Of a DNA stretch of 64,000 bases, positions 44,000-57,865 are shown one piece after another. The DNA lies in assembly GCF_009914755.1 (NCBI RefSeq), contig NC_060933.1; one strand, given 5' to 3'. How positions within the stretch are numbered: the stretch's first letter is position 1; the number at the start of each line of letters is the position of its first letter. The DNA is from the human T2T-CHM13v2.0 reference genome, Homo sapiens. The notes below the pieces were generated by a model. That model was given only the letters and a program-made list of their open reading frames with translations, made no database searches and had not been told where the DNA came from. The translations under genes and the position numbers were made by a program.

Positions 44000-44795
44000 T
44001 GAATTTTTATTTCTTTTATTGATATGTAATGTTAAACACATTTATAAGGCACATGTAAGTGTTTTATGCATGGAATGTGTAATGGTCAAGTAAGGGTATT
44101 TGAGGTATCCGTCACCTTGAGTATTTATCATTTATTTCTATGTGTTGGTATCATTTCAAGTCCTCTCTTTTAGTTACTTTGAAAGATACAAAATATTGTT
44201 TGTTGTTAAGTATAGTCATCCTAGTCTGCTATCAAACATTAGAACTTATTTTTTCTATCTAACTGTATGTTTGTACGCATTAATCACCTTCTCTTCATTA
44301 TCCTCCTCCCACCCACCTACCCACCCTTCCCAGTCTCTGGTATCAATTATTCTATTCTCTATGCCCATGAGATCAAGTTTTTAGCTCCCACGTATGAGTG
44401 AGAACACGCGGTATCTGTCTTTCTGTGCCTGGCATTTTCACTTAACATAATGACCTCCAGTTCCATCCCTGTTGCTGCGAATGACATCTCATTCATTTGT
44501 ATGGCTGAAGAGTATTTTATTGTGTATCCATACCACATTTTCTTTATTCATCCACCTATTGATGGACACTTAGGTTAATTTCATATCTTAGCTATTGTGA
44601 ATAGTGCTGCAAGAAACATGGGAGTGCAGGTGTCCCTTTGGTACACTTGAATTCCTTTCTTTTGGATAAATACCCAGTAGTGGGATTGCTGGGTCAGGGG
44701 GTAGTTCTATTTATAATTTTCTGAGAAACCTCCATTTTGTTTGCCATAGTGGCTGTGCTAATTCACATTCCCAGCAACAGCGTGTTAAGAGTTCC
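44000..44795 (-). mobile_element. L1MA-like 3' region
   Basis: TAGCTCCCACGTATGAGTGAGAAC...GATGGACACTTAGG...ATACCCAGTAGTGGGATTGCTGG. Confidence 0.9.
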
Positions 44796-45329
44796 AAGGT
44801 GGTATTTGCACCGCTTTGGTTTCAGCATCAAGGAGGAGTTGGTGGAAAGTCAACAGAAGGAGCCATGGTCTAGAGATGGGATATCTTGGTTGGCAGAGGA
44901 GTCCTATTTAGGCTCGCTGGGGATAAAGGTCACTGAAGCATATGTTCTGGATGGTAGGGCCCATGTCTGTCTGGTCCTTTGTTACATAGCATGGGATCTG
45001 GCACAGTGTGGGCTCTCAATGAGTTGTTGATTAAGAGAAGGAATGAATGACATGAGAGAAGAAAGAAAAGATGGGACCTAGACATCTTTCTGGAGGTTTT
45101 CTTGGCAACTATAATGGATTTCATTGCCTCCCCATGTCTGGAAGGAGCCTTAAGCCCCACCCCCATTACCTCCATAGCACTCCACCAAGCGATCATCTCG
45201 CTTTGGCTAGGATGCCTCTCAGTGATGGGGTTCTCAATCCCTCCCACACAACCTGTTCCTTTTTTATATAGATCTGATTATTAGAATAGCCGTCCTTCCA
45301 CTCACCACAAGGAAGCAGAACGGCAGCAG

Positions 45330-45610
45330 GGAAAGAGCACTCAACCTGGAGTTAGAAGACCCGGGCTTGGCTCCTGAGCCTTCCACTGTCTCACCGTGTG
45401 GTTCTTGGGCAGGGGCAGGTGTAGCCAGTGATTATGAGTGTGGGCTTGGACATCTGGCAGATCTGCCTTAATTTCCTTATCTGTAAAATGGGAAGAGCAA
45501 TAATGCCTACCTCATTAGGGCACTTGTGTGGATTAAATGAGATAATGCATGCAAAGTTCTTAGTGCCTTACCTGGCAAATTAGTGAGTGCTCAATGAAAG
45601 TTAGCTATGG
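45330..45610 (+). mobile_element. MIR fragments
   Basis: TTTCCTTATCTGTAAAATGGG...GGATTAAATGAGATAATGCATG...TGCTCAAT. Confidence 0.75.
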
Positions 45611-45980
45611 TTTTTCATATTATCATCTTCTTCCTGGCTTTCAGTTTCTTCCTCTGTGTAATGGGAATAGGAAGCTCTGCCTTGGATGTCTCTAGGGCTT
45701 GGTGTGAGGAGCCAGACAGAGAATGGGCACGAAGGATCCACAGAGGTGAGGGATTCTGCATCATTCCCATCATATCGGCTTTTTCTGTAGGAGACTCCAC
45801 TAGTGTGTGGTTTACCCCGAGATCACTCCTACAACACCGAGATCCTGAGGTTTTTCCCTCCCGTTGATGGTTAGGTTTCTGTTCCTTGACAGCCTGAATC
45901 ATGGCCTCCAAGATCTTATTTACTTACTTATTTATTTTTATCAATAAATAAGTATTTATTTATCATCATTTATATGATGA

Positions 45981-46238
<258 letters not shown>

Positions 46239-47031
46239 GATCTACATTTAGAACAGGACTGCAAAGAAAGGAAAGGAGAAATGAAGAAAAGGAAGCAGAC
46301 AAAGTTCTGGTTTTCAGTAGTTCCTTGGAGAGCTCAAGACTCAGACTCTGACCCTGTCTGCAAAGGGGGATCGTCCAGCCTTTGAAATAACCATTTCCTT
46401 CCCTCCTGGCCTTTTTCAGATCAGAGAGGTGGGAGGGGGCGTGGAGATTTAGTTCCCGGATGCACTGAACAGGAGGCTGTGAGCTTTCCTCTGATGTGCG
46501 ACTCTTCTGCAGGGGCCCTGGCCCTGGGAGGCGGGGCTCTGGGCTGCGGCAGCTCCTCCTGTGGTCTACCTTGGCTTCACTGCAGGCCCAGCTGCTGCTG
46601 ACCACGCGGGTTTCTTTTAAGAGGCTTGGCTGACCCTCAGCACAGCTGAAATGTTCTGAGACCTTGAATGTCAGAGATGGAAGCAACTTTATGATTCTCT
46701 GGGCCAGAGGTTCCCAGGCTGGGGTCCCTGGACTTGGGGTGCTCAGACTATTCCCGGTTCTTTCAAAAGCTGAAAAGAAACAGTATATAGCCCCTGTGTG
46801 AGGGCTCACGGGCTCGTAAAAGTATCCGGTGTCTTGACTTTTCTCTGAAATCAGCTCCAGCTGGTCCCTCTGTACCCTGGTGTTGCTGGTGACAGTGATA
46901 GCTTCCCACTGAACTTAGCTGCTAGAAGCAAGGTGAAGCCCTTCACACACCATCTCACTGATCTTCGATCCTGTAAGATGGGTACGTTTATGAGTCCTAT
47001 TTTGCAGATGGAGACACTAAGTGCCAAAGGG

Positions 47032-47229
47032 GTTAAGCACTGTGCCCGAGTTCACACACCCAGCAGCCTGACTCCACAGCTCCAACCCCCAGCTACTAGC
47101 AAATAGTCCTCTGAAAGCTCAGTTATTTAGCTTTGAACACAGCAAAACTCATCATTATTCAGGGAAGATAATTTAGTAGAGAAAATGTTGAGATCTAAGT
47201 ACTACACTTAGGAGGAATAATAAAAGGGT
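47032..47229 (+). repeat. Local duplication, copy 1 (~200 bp)
   Basis: Aligns with 48833-49034 at about 87% by manual count. Confidence 0.9.
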
Positions 47230-48422
47230 TGGTGGAATAGTTGAGGATATGCCATTTTTAATTTTTTATTGATTTTGTTTTGTTTTGTTTTGTTTTTCTT
47301 TGCTCTTGAGAGATGGCACATGCCACTTTGTTTTGTAAAACAAAGGCCTAGAGAAGTGAGGGTCCTGCCCAGTGTCATCTTGGGAACTGGTAGCCAGGAC
47401 GAGAACTTGTTTCACTTTGCGTGGACTTCTTGGGTCTGACTCCAGAGGGCCTCCAGGGCAGCAGTGGCTTGTCCCGAGCTGATGGCATATGACTGGGGGT
47501 TCCCTGGAAGGGTCTCTGACATCCCCCTGTCCTGGCAGGCCACTCCCCAGCAAGGGTCAGGCCACACATCTTGACTAGCTTTCCACCAGTCCCCACCGAC
47601 CTCCCACCAGCTGCACATTGCCTTGGCCTTGCCAGACCACAGAGCCGTTTAGAGCTGGCAGAGGCCAGCAGAATTCATCTTCAGCAAACTCTTCCTTCCA
47701 ATCCCATCATTGTACATGTACTTTATGATTTGCAAAGTGCTTCCACATCTTCCACATCATTCAACTTGAGACCCAGGGCTGTTCTGGGAGCTGGGTGGGG
47801 GAGGGATAGTACCCCATTTTACAAAAGGAGAAAAGGAAGTTCTAAGAGGCAAAGTACCTTGTTCAAGGTCACACACTCAGATAAGAAATGTTGGAGTCAG
47901 AAGTTGGAGCTGGGTTGACCTTTTCCATTCCAGTGCCTGTTGCACCAAACAGCCTCCCTGTTTGGAATGAGGAATTGCAAGAAGCAGCGGTAAGTCACAT
48001 GCCAAGCTGGGTTGTGCCAAGAACTTTATATTTAACTAACAGCATCGCCATTAACCATATCTTTTTTCCCATAGTGGACAAATACAGGTACCTAAATTAA
48101 AACAATTTTATCTGTGTCAACCAAGATTGCAGGCCTGCACTCTGAGAACTCATGATGTAATGAATAGACACAAATGTTCAAGGCAGAAGTGGTTTATATT
48201 CTAGACTCATAACTGTCTCACTGTGACCCTGAGAAAATGTTATGCTCTGGGCCCCTGTTTTCCATGTGTACAATGAAGATAATAATACCTAACACCTACC
48301 TTGCTTGTTATGAAAATGATTAGGGCCGTCATATACAAGTTTCTTCGTAAAATTTTAAGACGTGTTATACAACTATTACACATGACCATGAATCTTCGTA
48401 AACACCTAAGGCAAGGGAAATT

Positions 48423-48427
<5 letters not shown>

Positions 48428-48468
<41 letters not shown>
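48428..48468. repeat. (CA)~20 microsatellite
   Basis: Seen directly. Confidence 0.95.
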
Positions 48469-48470
<2 letters not shown>

Positions 48471-48684
48471 AACACATTTATATGTAATTAATGATGAATA
48501 AGTACATCCTAAGTAGTTTACATGGCTCATTCTATTAATTGGAACAAGAGCCTTGTGGAAGCTAGTACCATGATCATTCCCATTTTATAGATGAGGAAAC
48601 TGAAACCCAGAGATCTTAAGTAACAGGTAGCAAATGGCAGAAGCAGGATATGAAATCTGGATAACAGGTAAGCTCTTTAACAGC

Positions 48685-48831
48685 CAAGGTGCATCAGAAT
48701 CACCTGAAGGGCTGGTTAAAATATGAAATGCTGAGTCCCACCCCGTGATTCTGATTCAATAGGTTTGGTGTGGGGCCTGAAAATTGGATGCTGATACTGC
48801 CGGATCAGGGACCACACTTTGAGAGCCACTA
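48685..48831. mobile_element. MER5A
   Basis: GCATCAGAATCACCTGAAGGGCTGGTTAAA...GGGACCACACTTTGAGAGCCACT. Confidence 0.85.
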
Positions 48832-48832
48832 T

Positions 48833-49422
<590 letters not shown>

Positions 49423-50907
49423 TTATGTCTGGTAGATACATGTTACGCTAATGGAGAGGTGTGGAAGTGGACGGTGATGCTGGGTAGACCTTTTCTCCTT
49501 CGGAAACCAAGTGAGAGAAGTTACCCCATGCATTTGCCTGTGTTTGAAGGCCCTGCAGGTGCCTGAATCTTTGTGGCTGTGGCTACTCAGGCCCTTCCCC
49601 AGGGCCATCCAGCAGGAGGGAAGGCCATTTGTCTGGAAAAGGCACAGGAGAGAATTCACATGATGTCTTCCCAGCTCCCATCAGTCAGGGTTTCCCTTTA
49701 AGCTCCTCACACTCCCAGATTTCAGGAAACAGTCTATGAATGGAGAGAAAAGGCACAGCCTTCAAAAACAGAAAGCACAGACCAAGAATATTTAAATTCA
49801 ATAAACCTAATTTAATTTATGTTTTTGAAAAGAAATAAGAAACCAACTTCCAGAAGAAGAGAAGCATTTCAGAAAACAGGGGTTGAGCCAAAAGCTGTGG
49901 TCACAGATATAAGAGAGTAAAAAATCAAGGGCATATGGATATCCACTTGTTCCAGAACTATATTTGTGGAAAAGACTATGCTTTCTCTACTAAATTGCAT
50001 TGATATTTTTGTAAAAAATCAGTTGTCCAGACCTAGAATAGCCAAAACAATCTTGAAAAACAACAAAGTTGGAGGACTCACACTTCACAATTTCAAAATT
50101 TACTACAAATCTGCAGCAATCAAGACTGTGTGGTACTGGTGTAAAGACAGACTTATATCAATAGCACAGAATTTGAGAGTCCAGAAATACAAGCTCACAT
50201 TTATGATAAGTTGATTTTCTGCAATGGTGCCAAGATCATTCAATGGAGGAAAAAAACCAGAATCTTCAACAAATGGTGTTGGGGCAACTGGATATCCATA
50301 TGCAAAAGAATGAAGTTGGACCCCTGACTTACACCATATAAAAACATTAACTCAAAATGAACCAAAGACCCAAATGTAAGAGCTAAAACTATAAAGCTTT
50401 GAGAAGAAAACATAGGTATAAATCTTCATGACTTTGAATTAGGCAATGGGATATTTCCTCATTTAGTTTGGTCTTGTTTAACTTCTCTCAGCAATGTTTT
50501 GTAGTTTTCAGTATAAATCTTGCACAGCTCTGGCCAGACTTATGCCTAAGCATTTCATATTTTTGTGTTACTGTAAATGGTATTGTCTTTGAATTGCAAT
50601 TACCAATTTTTTTTTGCTTGTGTATAGTAATAAAATTGATTTCTTTATGTTGATTTGATATCCTGCAACCTTGCTAAGCTCACTTATTAGTTCTGCAGCT
50701 TTAATGTAGATTTCATCAGATTTTCCCCATTGACAATTATGCCATCTGTGAATAAAGGCAGTTTCTGATCTGGATGCCTTTTCCTTTACTTGCCTTAATG
50801 AATTAACTAGAACCTCTGATACAACATAGAAGAGTAGCGAATGCAGAAGGGGGAGATCTTCCAGTCTTTCGCATTAACTATGATGTTAGCTGCGGGTTAG
50901 CTGAGGT

Positions 50908-51097
50908 CTTCTGCCTCAGCCTCCTGAGTAGCTGAGACTACAGGCACCTGCCACCACGCCCAGCTAATTTTTGTATTTTTAGTAGAGATGGGTTTCACCT
51001 TATTGGCCAGGCTGTTCTCGAGCTCCTGACCTTGTGATCTGCCCGCCTCAGCCTCCCAAAGTGCTGGGATTACAGGCGTCAGACACCACTCCCGGCC
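50908..51097 (-). mobile_element. Partial AluS (3' part lost)
   Basis: CTGCCTCAGCCTCCTGAGTAGC...CCCGGCC. Confidence 0.9.
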
Positions 51098-51153
51098 TTT
51101 TTCCCCCTCTAGTCTTAATTTGCTGGGACTTTTAATCAGAAATTGATGTTGGA

Positions 51154-51494
<341 letters not shown>

Positions 51495-51867
51495 CTACTA
51501 CTAGAGAAAACACAGGGATCACAGATGAGAGAGAGTTCAAACTTGAGAGTGGCCTCTGTTTTCTCTCAGAAAGAAGATAAGGGGAAGAAAGTGCCCTGCC
51601 CAGTGAAAGGAGCCTTGCTTAGGGAGCCACGTGGGTGTGTGGGGAGCCTCTGTTCTGTGTCTCTCTCCTTGGCCAGCCTTCCTAGGGTCCAGGTCCTGGC
51701 CTGTGGACTCCAAAGCCAGTGCTCTTTCCTCTACACCAAACTGTCTAAAGACTTTGACTCCAGAACACTGCTTGACCAAGGCCCCTAAAATGAATAAAAC
51801 TTTAGATTCCTCAATAATATAAAATAGTAGGAATCATTTGCTGAGCACTTTTGGAATATAAGAAACA

Positions 51868-51974
51868 AAGCTGGAACTAGGGTGAGGTGAAGGAGCCATT
51901 CACGGATGCAAAATTTAAGGGGGCACTCGCTTGACCCTATGTGCCTCCCTGGCCTCACCCTCATCCAGGCTCTG
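51868..51974. mobile_element. MER96-like MITE
   Basis: ACTAGGGTGAGGTGA...GCAAAATTTAAGGGGGCAC...CCTCACCCTCATCCAGGCTCTG. Confidence 0.7.
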
Positions 51975-52049
51975 CAAAGAGCAGTGCTAAACACTTTACC
52001 TGCATTTACTCCCTTAATCCACAAAACAACACTTTAGTGATAGGCGTGA

Positions 52050-52372
<323 letters not shown>

Positions 52373-52501
52373 TGATTATCATTCTTAGTTTACAGGTGAG
52401 GAAACTGAGGTTCAGAGAGGTGAAAGTGACCTGGCCAAGTAATTAGTGGCAGAGCTGGCCTTTGGAGCAAAGTCTGTTCATGTTTTGTCTGTGTTCTTAA
52501 T

Positions 52502-52710
52502 CAGTGGTTCTCAACTCTAGTGACCCAGAATCACCTGGAAGTTTGACTGAAACACTGCTGGCTGCCCCCCAACACCCCTCGCCCACCGCCACTGCCCCAG
52601 AATTTCTGACTCAGTAGGTCTGCTATGTGGGTAGGAGAATTTGCATTTCTAACAGGCTCCGGAGGCTGCTCCTGCTGCTGGTCCAGGGACTGTCCTTGGA
52701 GAACCACTTC
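52502..52710. mobile_element. MER5A
   Basis: TIRs CAGTGGTTCTCAA...GAGAACCACT; GAATTTGCATTTCTAACAG. Confidence 0.85.
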
Positions 52711-54741
52711 AGTATGCCTTACTTCCTCCTCCATGACCCCTGTTCACTGGAGCTCAGGGGCATGAAGATTCTGAAAGTGAAAGAGAGAAGTCTAAGAAGT
52801 GTCAGATCCTTCTGGCTTGCGAAAAAAATGAAAGCATCAATTTCCCTGGACTGGACCAAGAGTTTCCAATGTCACCCCTGCTATGCTGAAGCCCCAGCTT
52901 CATTCCAGAATGCCCCAAACAGAATCAATGAGCAGCTATGAGTTGAGTTGGGGGATGAACTGACCAGTAGTGAGAACCTCTGTGGGGACTTATTCATCTG
53001 AAAAGAATGCCTGACATTTATTCTGAAAGGCTTCTTTCTATAGACCCTCAATCCTTGTAGTACAAAATGGGCATTTTCTTCTTAAATATATTTCAAATGT
53101 TTTCTGATTTATTCTGAGACATCTGTATCAGAGGGACCCGGTACACCAGATTTTTAAAGCCTTTGAAGAAAGGCCATTGCAAAATAACAGACAGCGGGGA
53201 TAAAACCAACACAGAGCTATTTAACATGTGATAAGGAAAGGCAGACTTAAACTGGGCTTGCTGAAATCCCCAAGTTTTAAACATGTGACATTTCCAGAGT
53301 TGACCCTAGTGTCTGACGGGCTAAATTTTTCTTTAATCCTCCACATTTTTGGTCTCTAAGAACCCCTATCAGGCTGCACATTGCCCTAAAGTGCAATAAG
53401 AGAAAAGCTGATTTTATTCCTTCACTAGATCTTTATTGGGAGTATCACAAAGCCCCGTGGCAGGAAATCCCAGCCCTGGCTATACCTTGGACTCACTTGG
53501 GAAGCTCCTAATCATCTCTTTGCCCCAGTTACACCCCAGACCAATCACAGCAGAATCTCCGGGGGTTAGGACCAGGCATGCCTGCTTTTGAAGTACCCTA
53601 CCCTCCACTGTGACACCATTGCAGCCAGGGCTAAGAAGCTTTGCTTTAGACAGTGAATTCCTGGAGAATCCCCACTGCTTTCTTCTTGCTCTTTCTCCAG
53701 GAGCTACAGCTGATAATGATGCTTCACACCCTGAATATCTCCTCCTGGAGTTAAAGCCTAACTTAGAATGTGGAGGCAGCAGCTGCCTGGGCTCTGATTT
53801 GAACGGGAAGGGAATTCCTATTTCTTAAAGATCTTCCCAGTGCCAGCCTAGTTTCATCCACCTAATAACCCTAGGAGAAAGATATTACTGTCTTCACTTG
53901 GTAGAAGACACGACTGATGTTCAGAGAGGTGAAGTGACTTACCCAAGGACACTCAGCTGTCAGATGGCACAGCTGGGATTTAAAGCCAGGTTTGTCTCCC
54001 CTCCTCCTTGGGAAAGATGGAAGAGTCCCTGTTAGCCACAGGGAACCCCTTCCTTCTCAAAGCAGCTCACTCCTCTTTCGGGCATCCAGGAGCCCTCATC
54101 CAGCCCCCTTTCACCCCCATCCCTGTCTCAAGCCCCAGTGTCTCCCCAGGTTCTGCAGCACGGCTCTCTCAAGCAGTCACGGTGAAGAAATGAGCTTTGG
54201 CCAGCGGGGTGGGGTGGCCCTGAACAGTTCTTATGCTTGCACTTCCCGTGTCTGTCTTTTTTCCTGATGATGAATTGCCCTCTGGGGGAAAGGGGACCTC
54301 CGAGCTTACCTGGAGGTCAAGGCCAGCTTGCCTGGAAAGGAAGCCTAAGGAACCCCTTTAACTTTGGGGACCACTGGACACCAATGCACTGTGCCTCTGC
54401 AATTCTGTGCTTGCTGGTCCTGCTGTTTCTGCCATAACCTACTATTGGGAAAGGAGGGGGAGGGAGGATCCGCTATTGTTTCTTAAGCCCTACTTCACAG
54501 GTAGAGAGCATCAGGAGAGGGTGCCAGGAGGCAGCACCATCCAGCAGAAATCAATAATCCCGGACCAGAAAATGGGCCCCTGGCTTTCTGTCCCAGCCTT
54601 GCCACAAACTGAGTGATTTTGCAGGTCATGACCTCTTTGGATCACAGTTATCTTATGTGCAAAGCAAAGCATTTGACCTAGAGAATTTTTTTGAGCCCTC
54701 AGGTTCTATGAGAATTGTGCTGCTCTAGTAACAACAGCAGT

Positions 54742-54842
54742 TAGGGTGACCCACCCCTCCTGGTTTGCCAATTGGAGCATTGAAGTCCTGTGTGTCAGGA
54801 AATTCCTTAGTCCTGGGCAAACCAGGATGGTTGGTCACTCTA
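54742..54842. mobile_element. MER81 palindromic MITE
   Basis: TAGGGTGACC...TCCTGGTTTGCC / GGCAAACCAGGA...GGTCACTCTA. Confidence 0.85.
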
Positions 54843-56164
54843 ACTGCTGTCATCTTTTCAGTATGCGGCGTGTTCGGCCTCTGGCACACGACAACAGGAG
54901 CAGTGGCAGCAGTAGGCTGTGGTCTTACTGCCATACCTTTAGATTCCTTCCCTCATCTCAGAGTGCTGAGAACAGAGGCTGCAGTTCCCTGGAGGCCCGA
55001 CCTCTCTCTGTGCTTTCCCGTGGTCCTCGAGGCAATCTCCTGTCTGTCTGCCCTACCCTGGACCGTGCGTCTGGCCTTGTAAACAGTTCCTGATTTTCTC
55101 CAGTTCTGAGGCCCCTTGTTTCTTTAGCTAAAGGTCAAGGGCAGGATGACTCTCTTGTCACTGTGCTGTTGGGTGGGGCATCACAAGGGCTCTGCTGTGC
55201 TCCTCCCCAGCTCCCTGGCATCGAGCATTCCCTCCACAGCCCCTTGGTCACTGGCAGCCAGAGTCACTATGTGTCCACTCACAGACCCGGCCAGGCCTGG
55301 CCGAGAGTGGGTGGGCCATGCGCAGTTCAGCGTGGAGCTTGTGCCTCATTGTTGCTCCTAATGTATGTGCAGTGCCCAATAGCCACCCTGCTTACAGCGG
55401 GTGTCAAGCAGCTTCCTGGGTGCTTCTCAGAGGAGCCTCACATCACTGTGGAAGGGGAAGGTCTTTCTCCTGGGTTAATGGCTGTGGACACTGAAGCTCT
55501 GAGAGGCACATGGGCTTGAGGTAGCCCATTCAGGGCCAGGACCAGGGTTCCAGTCTGTAAGAGCCTCTTTAGGTCTCTAAGACCCTGCCACTCAGGCCTT
55601 CCTTGTTTCCAGGCTCCTTATCCATCCTTCAACGCCACCATTGGCATCATCGCTCCACAGCACCGCCTGGCTTGTCCCTTCATTAAACAACCTGAAAGGA
55701 CTTTGAAAAGCAAACAAAACCACCTTTTACTTACAGAAACTTTCAAAGAAATATGGAAGGGAACAGTGTAACAGCACCATCCCCCAATACCCCCAGCTTT
55801 GGCAGCCACCTCTCCTCTCATTCCATCTGGCCCCACATGCTCCTGCCCTCCTTGTTGTTTGAAGCAGTCCTAGATCTACCATTTGAACCACAAACATTTC
55901 TGCATCAATCTTAAAGATGAGAACTTGGAGAAATAACCACAATACCATTACCATCTTTAACAAAATAAACAATAATTCCTTAATAGCAACAAAAGCCCCG
56001 AGTTCAAATGTCTCCCAATGTTTCTTAAATGTTGTCATTAGAATTCACTTGTTTGGCTCAGGATTGAAATAATGTCTGTGTATTCCAACTGATAATATGT
56101 CTCTTAAGTTTCTTTTGACCTCTAGATTGCCCTCTTCTTTGCCTTTTCCTTTGTAATTTATGTT

Positions 56165-56297
56165 TGAGGTGAGGAGTATCCCAATTACCCAAATTTGACC
56201 ATTACACATTATATACATAGATCAGAATATCATATGTGACCCCAAAATATGCACAACTATGATAAATCAATTAAAAAATACAAAAAAAGAAAAAAGA
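56165..56297 (+). mobile_element. L1MA-like extreme 3' end with polyA, nested in older L1M
   Basis: TTACCCAAATTTGACCATTACACATT...CCCCAAAATATGCACAACTA...AATTAAAAAA. Confidence 0.75.
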
Positions 56298-56417
56298 GAA
56301 ACTAATCATTTGGCTGGTAGAGTTAGTGTCTCACAATCTGGATTTTGCTGTTAGTAACCCTTGTGGTATTGTTTAATATGTTTCTCTGTTCCTTGTGTTT
56401 TAAAGAAAACATAATGA

Positions 56418-57004
<587 letters not shown>

Positions 57005-57359
57005 TCTTACTCCCTTCTGATCACTGTTTACATGCATATAATCTTTCAGGGTTTTTCCTGTTAATTTGATTAACACTACTCTGTAAATATTTTCTAGTTT
57101 TTATATAGAACTTTCATCATTAACATTCTTAATAGTTACCTACTAGAGTTATGTTAAGCCTTAATCATTCTTCTATTGTTGAACTTGTAAAGGTTTTGTC
57201 TAGTTTTATCACTATGACAGATAACACTAAATCTTTCATGTCTCTGGTATAATTATTTATGTATGAACTCTATATCCGTGACTTTGTCTGTGTTGGGTCA
57301 TGTGTCCACACTGCTCCCTCCCTGCAATTTTTGTTTCCAATTTAACAAATGTAAAATGA

Positions 57360-57865
57360 TGCATGGAGGATCCAAGATGACCACAGATTCTTTGTTACCT
57401 CTCCCATTGAGAGGTGGAGTTTAATTCCCCTTCCCTTGAACCCGGGCTGGCCTTAGTGCCTTGCTTGACAAACAGTATGTGGCAGAAGTAATGCTCTGAG
57501 ACCTCTGAGCTAGTTTGTAAGAAACCTTGCAGTTTCTGCCCAGGTCTCTCAGAATGCTTGCTCTAGGGCATGCCGGCTACCACGTGAGAGATCCGGCCAC
57601 TGTGAGGAGACTGCGTACTAGAGAGGCCCTGAATAGGAGCTGGGGTCCATATCCCAGCCAAGCCCAGCCTGCCAGCCTCCCCAGGCAGCAGCCATGAGAG
57701 TGAATCCTTGGATTCTCTCAACTCATTGGCCAGCTGAGTATCACAGAGTGAGCCAAGCCCCGCCTCAATTCCTGACCCTGAAAATCATAAAATACAATTA
57801 AATGGTGGTTGTTTTAAGCTGTCAAATTTTAGGATACTTTATGTAGTAATAGGTAACTGGAACAG
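57360..57865 (+). mobile_element. MLT1H-like solo LTR
   Basis: CCCATTGAGAGGTGGAGTTTAATTCCCC...GTTGTTTTAAGC...ATAGGTAACTGGAACA. Confidence 0.85.

Noticed and set aside
45615-45911. 98-aa minus-strand ORF
   Set aside because: No recognisable family, and its 3' end runs into MIR-like sequence
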